The position numbers and the translations under genes were made by a program. A DNA stretch of 63,517 bases, the filler included, from Octopus bimaculoides (Eukaryota): the NCBI RefSeq assembly GCF_001194135.2. It is 5 parts of 5 records of this genome, joined end to end, with 100 filler letters (N's around TTAATTAATTAA, not from the genome) between each part and the next. Parts side by side here need not be neighbours in the genome. Positions count along the whole stretch, not along the records: positions 62,261 to 63,517 come from NC_069006.1; 4 more parts are not named here. One strand, 5' to 3'. This document shows, in pieces, positions 63,403-63,517 of this stretch. Every line of letters starts with the position of its first letter. Within the stretch, counting starts at the first letter, position 1. Below the pieces are notes generated by a model. It made no database searches. It saw only the letters and a program-made list of their open reading frames with translations, and was not told the DNA's origin.

Positions 63403-63517
63403 GTGTATATATATATATATATGTACTCGAGGTATTTCGTGTTGCAAGACAGTGTAGGAGAGAGAATAGTGATGTTGTAGGAGAGAAATGTGTTCGCATG
63501 GATGATGGTACGCTTGC

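Noticed and set aside
1-63517. CRISPR array or prokaryotic operon
   Set aside because: No regularly spaced repeat-spacer array, no gene-dense coding, and the content is eukaryotic repeats.

Overview
AT-rich eukaryotic draft-assembly window with about 8 kb of N in roughly 22 gaps and a very heavy microsatellite load. The SINE families and repeat landscape look like an octopus/coleoid cephalopod genome (inference from recalled repeat families). I recognise no intact protein-coding gene, rRNA, true tRNA or CRISPR array. Almost all long ORFs in the track are microsatellite or N read-throughs. The window holds decayed mobile elements: several tRNA-derived SINE families, two Penelope-like (PLE) fragments (RT and GIY-YIG), an L1/Tx1-type RT fragment, several R4/Dong-type RLE LINE ends, a deleted mariner, hAT-type and foldback MITEs, and a probable non-autonomous Helitron carrying a (TTAGGG)n tract. 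The most interesting signal is RNA-structural. Two type-I hammerhead ribozyme motifs have an intact catalytic core (16397-16445, 25734-25850), and four more are partial or degenerate. Two of the degenerate ones lie inside a tRNA-headed SINE present as a head-to-head palindrome (14311-14855), and together those two copies reconstitute a minimal PLE-type hammerhead. Four 44N-TTAATTAATTAA-44N spacers are artificial joins, so adjacency across them should not be trusted. All alignments and folds were done by eye, and element boundaries are approximate unless stated.
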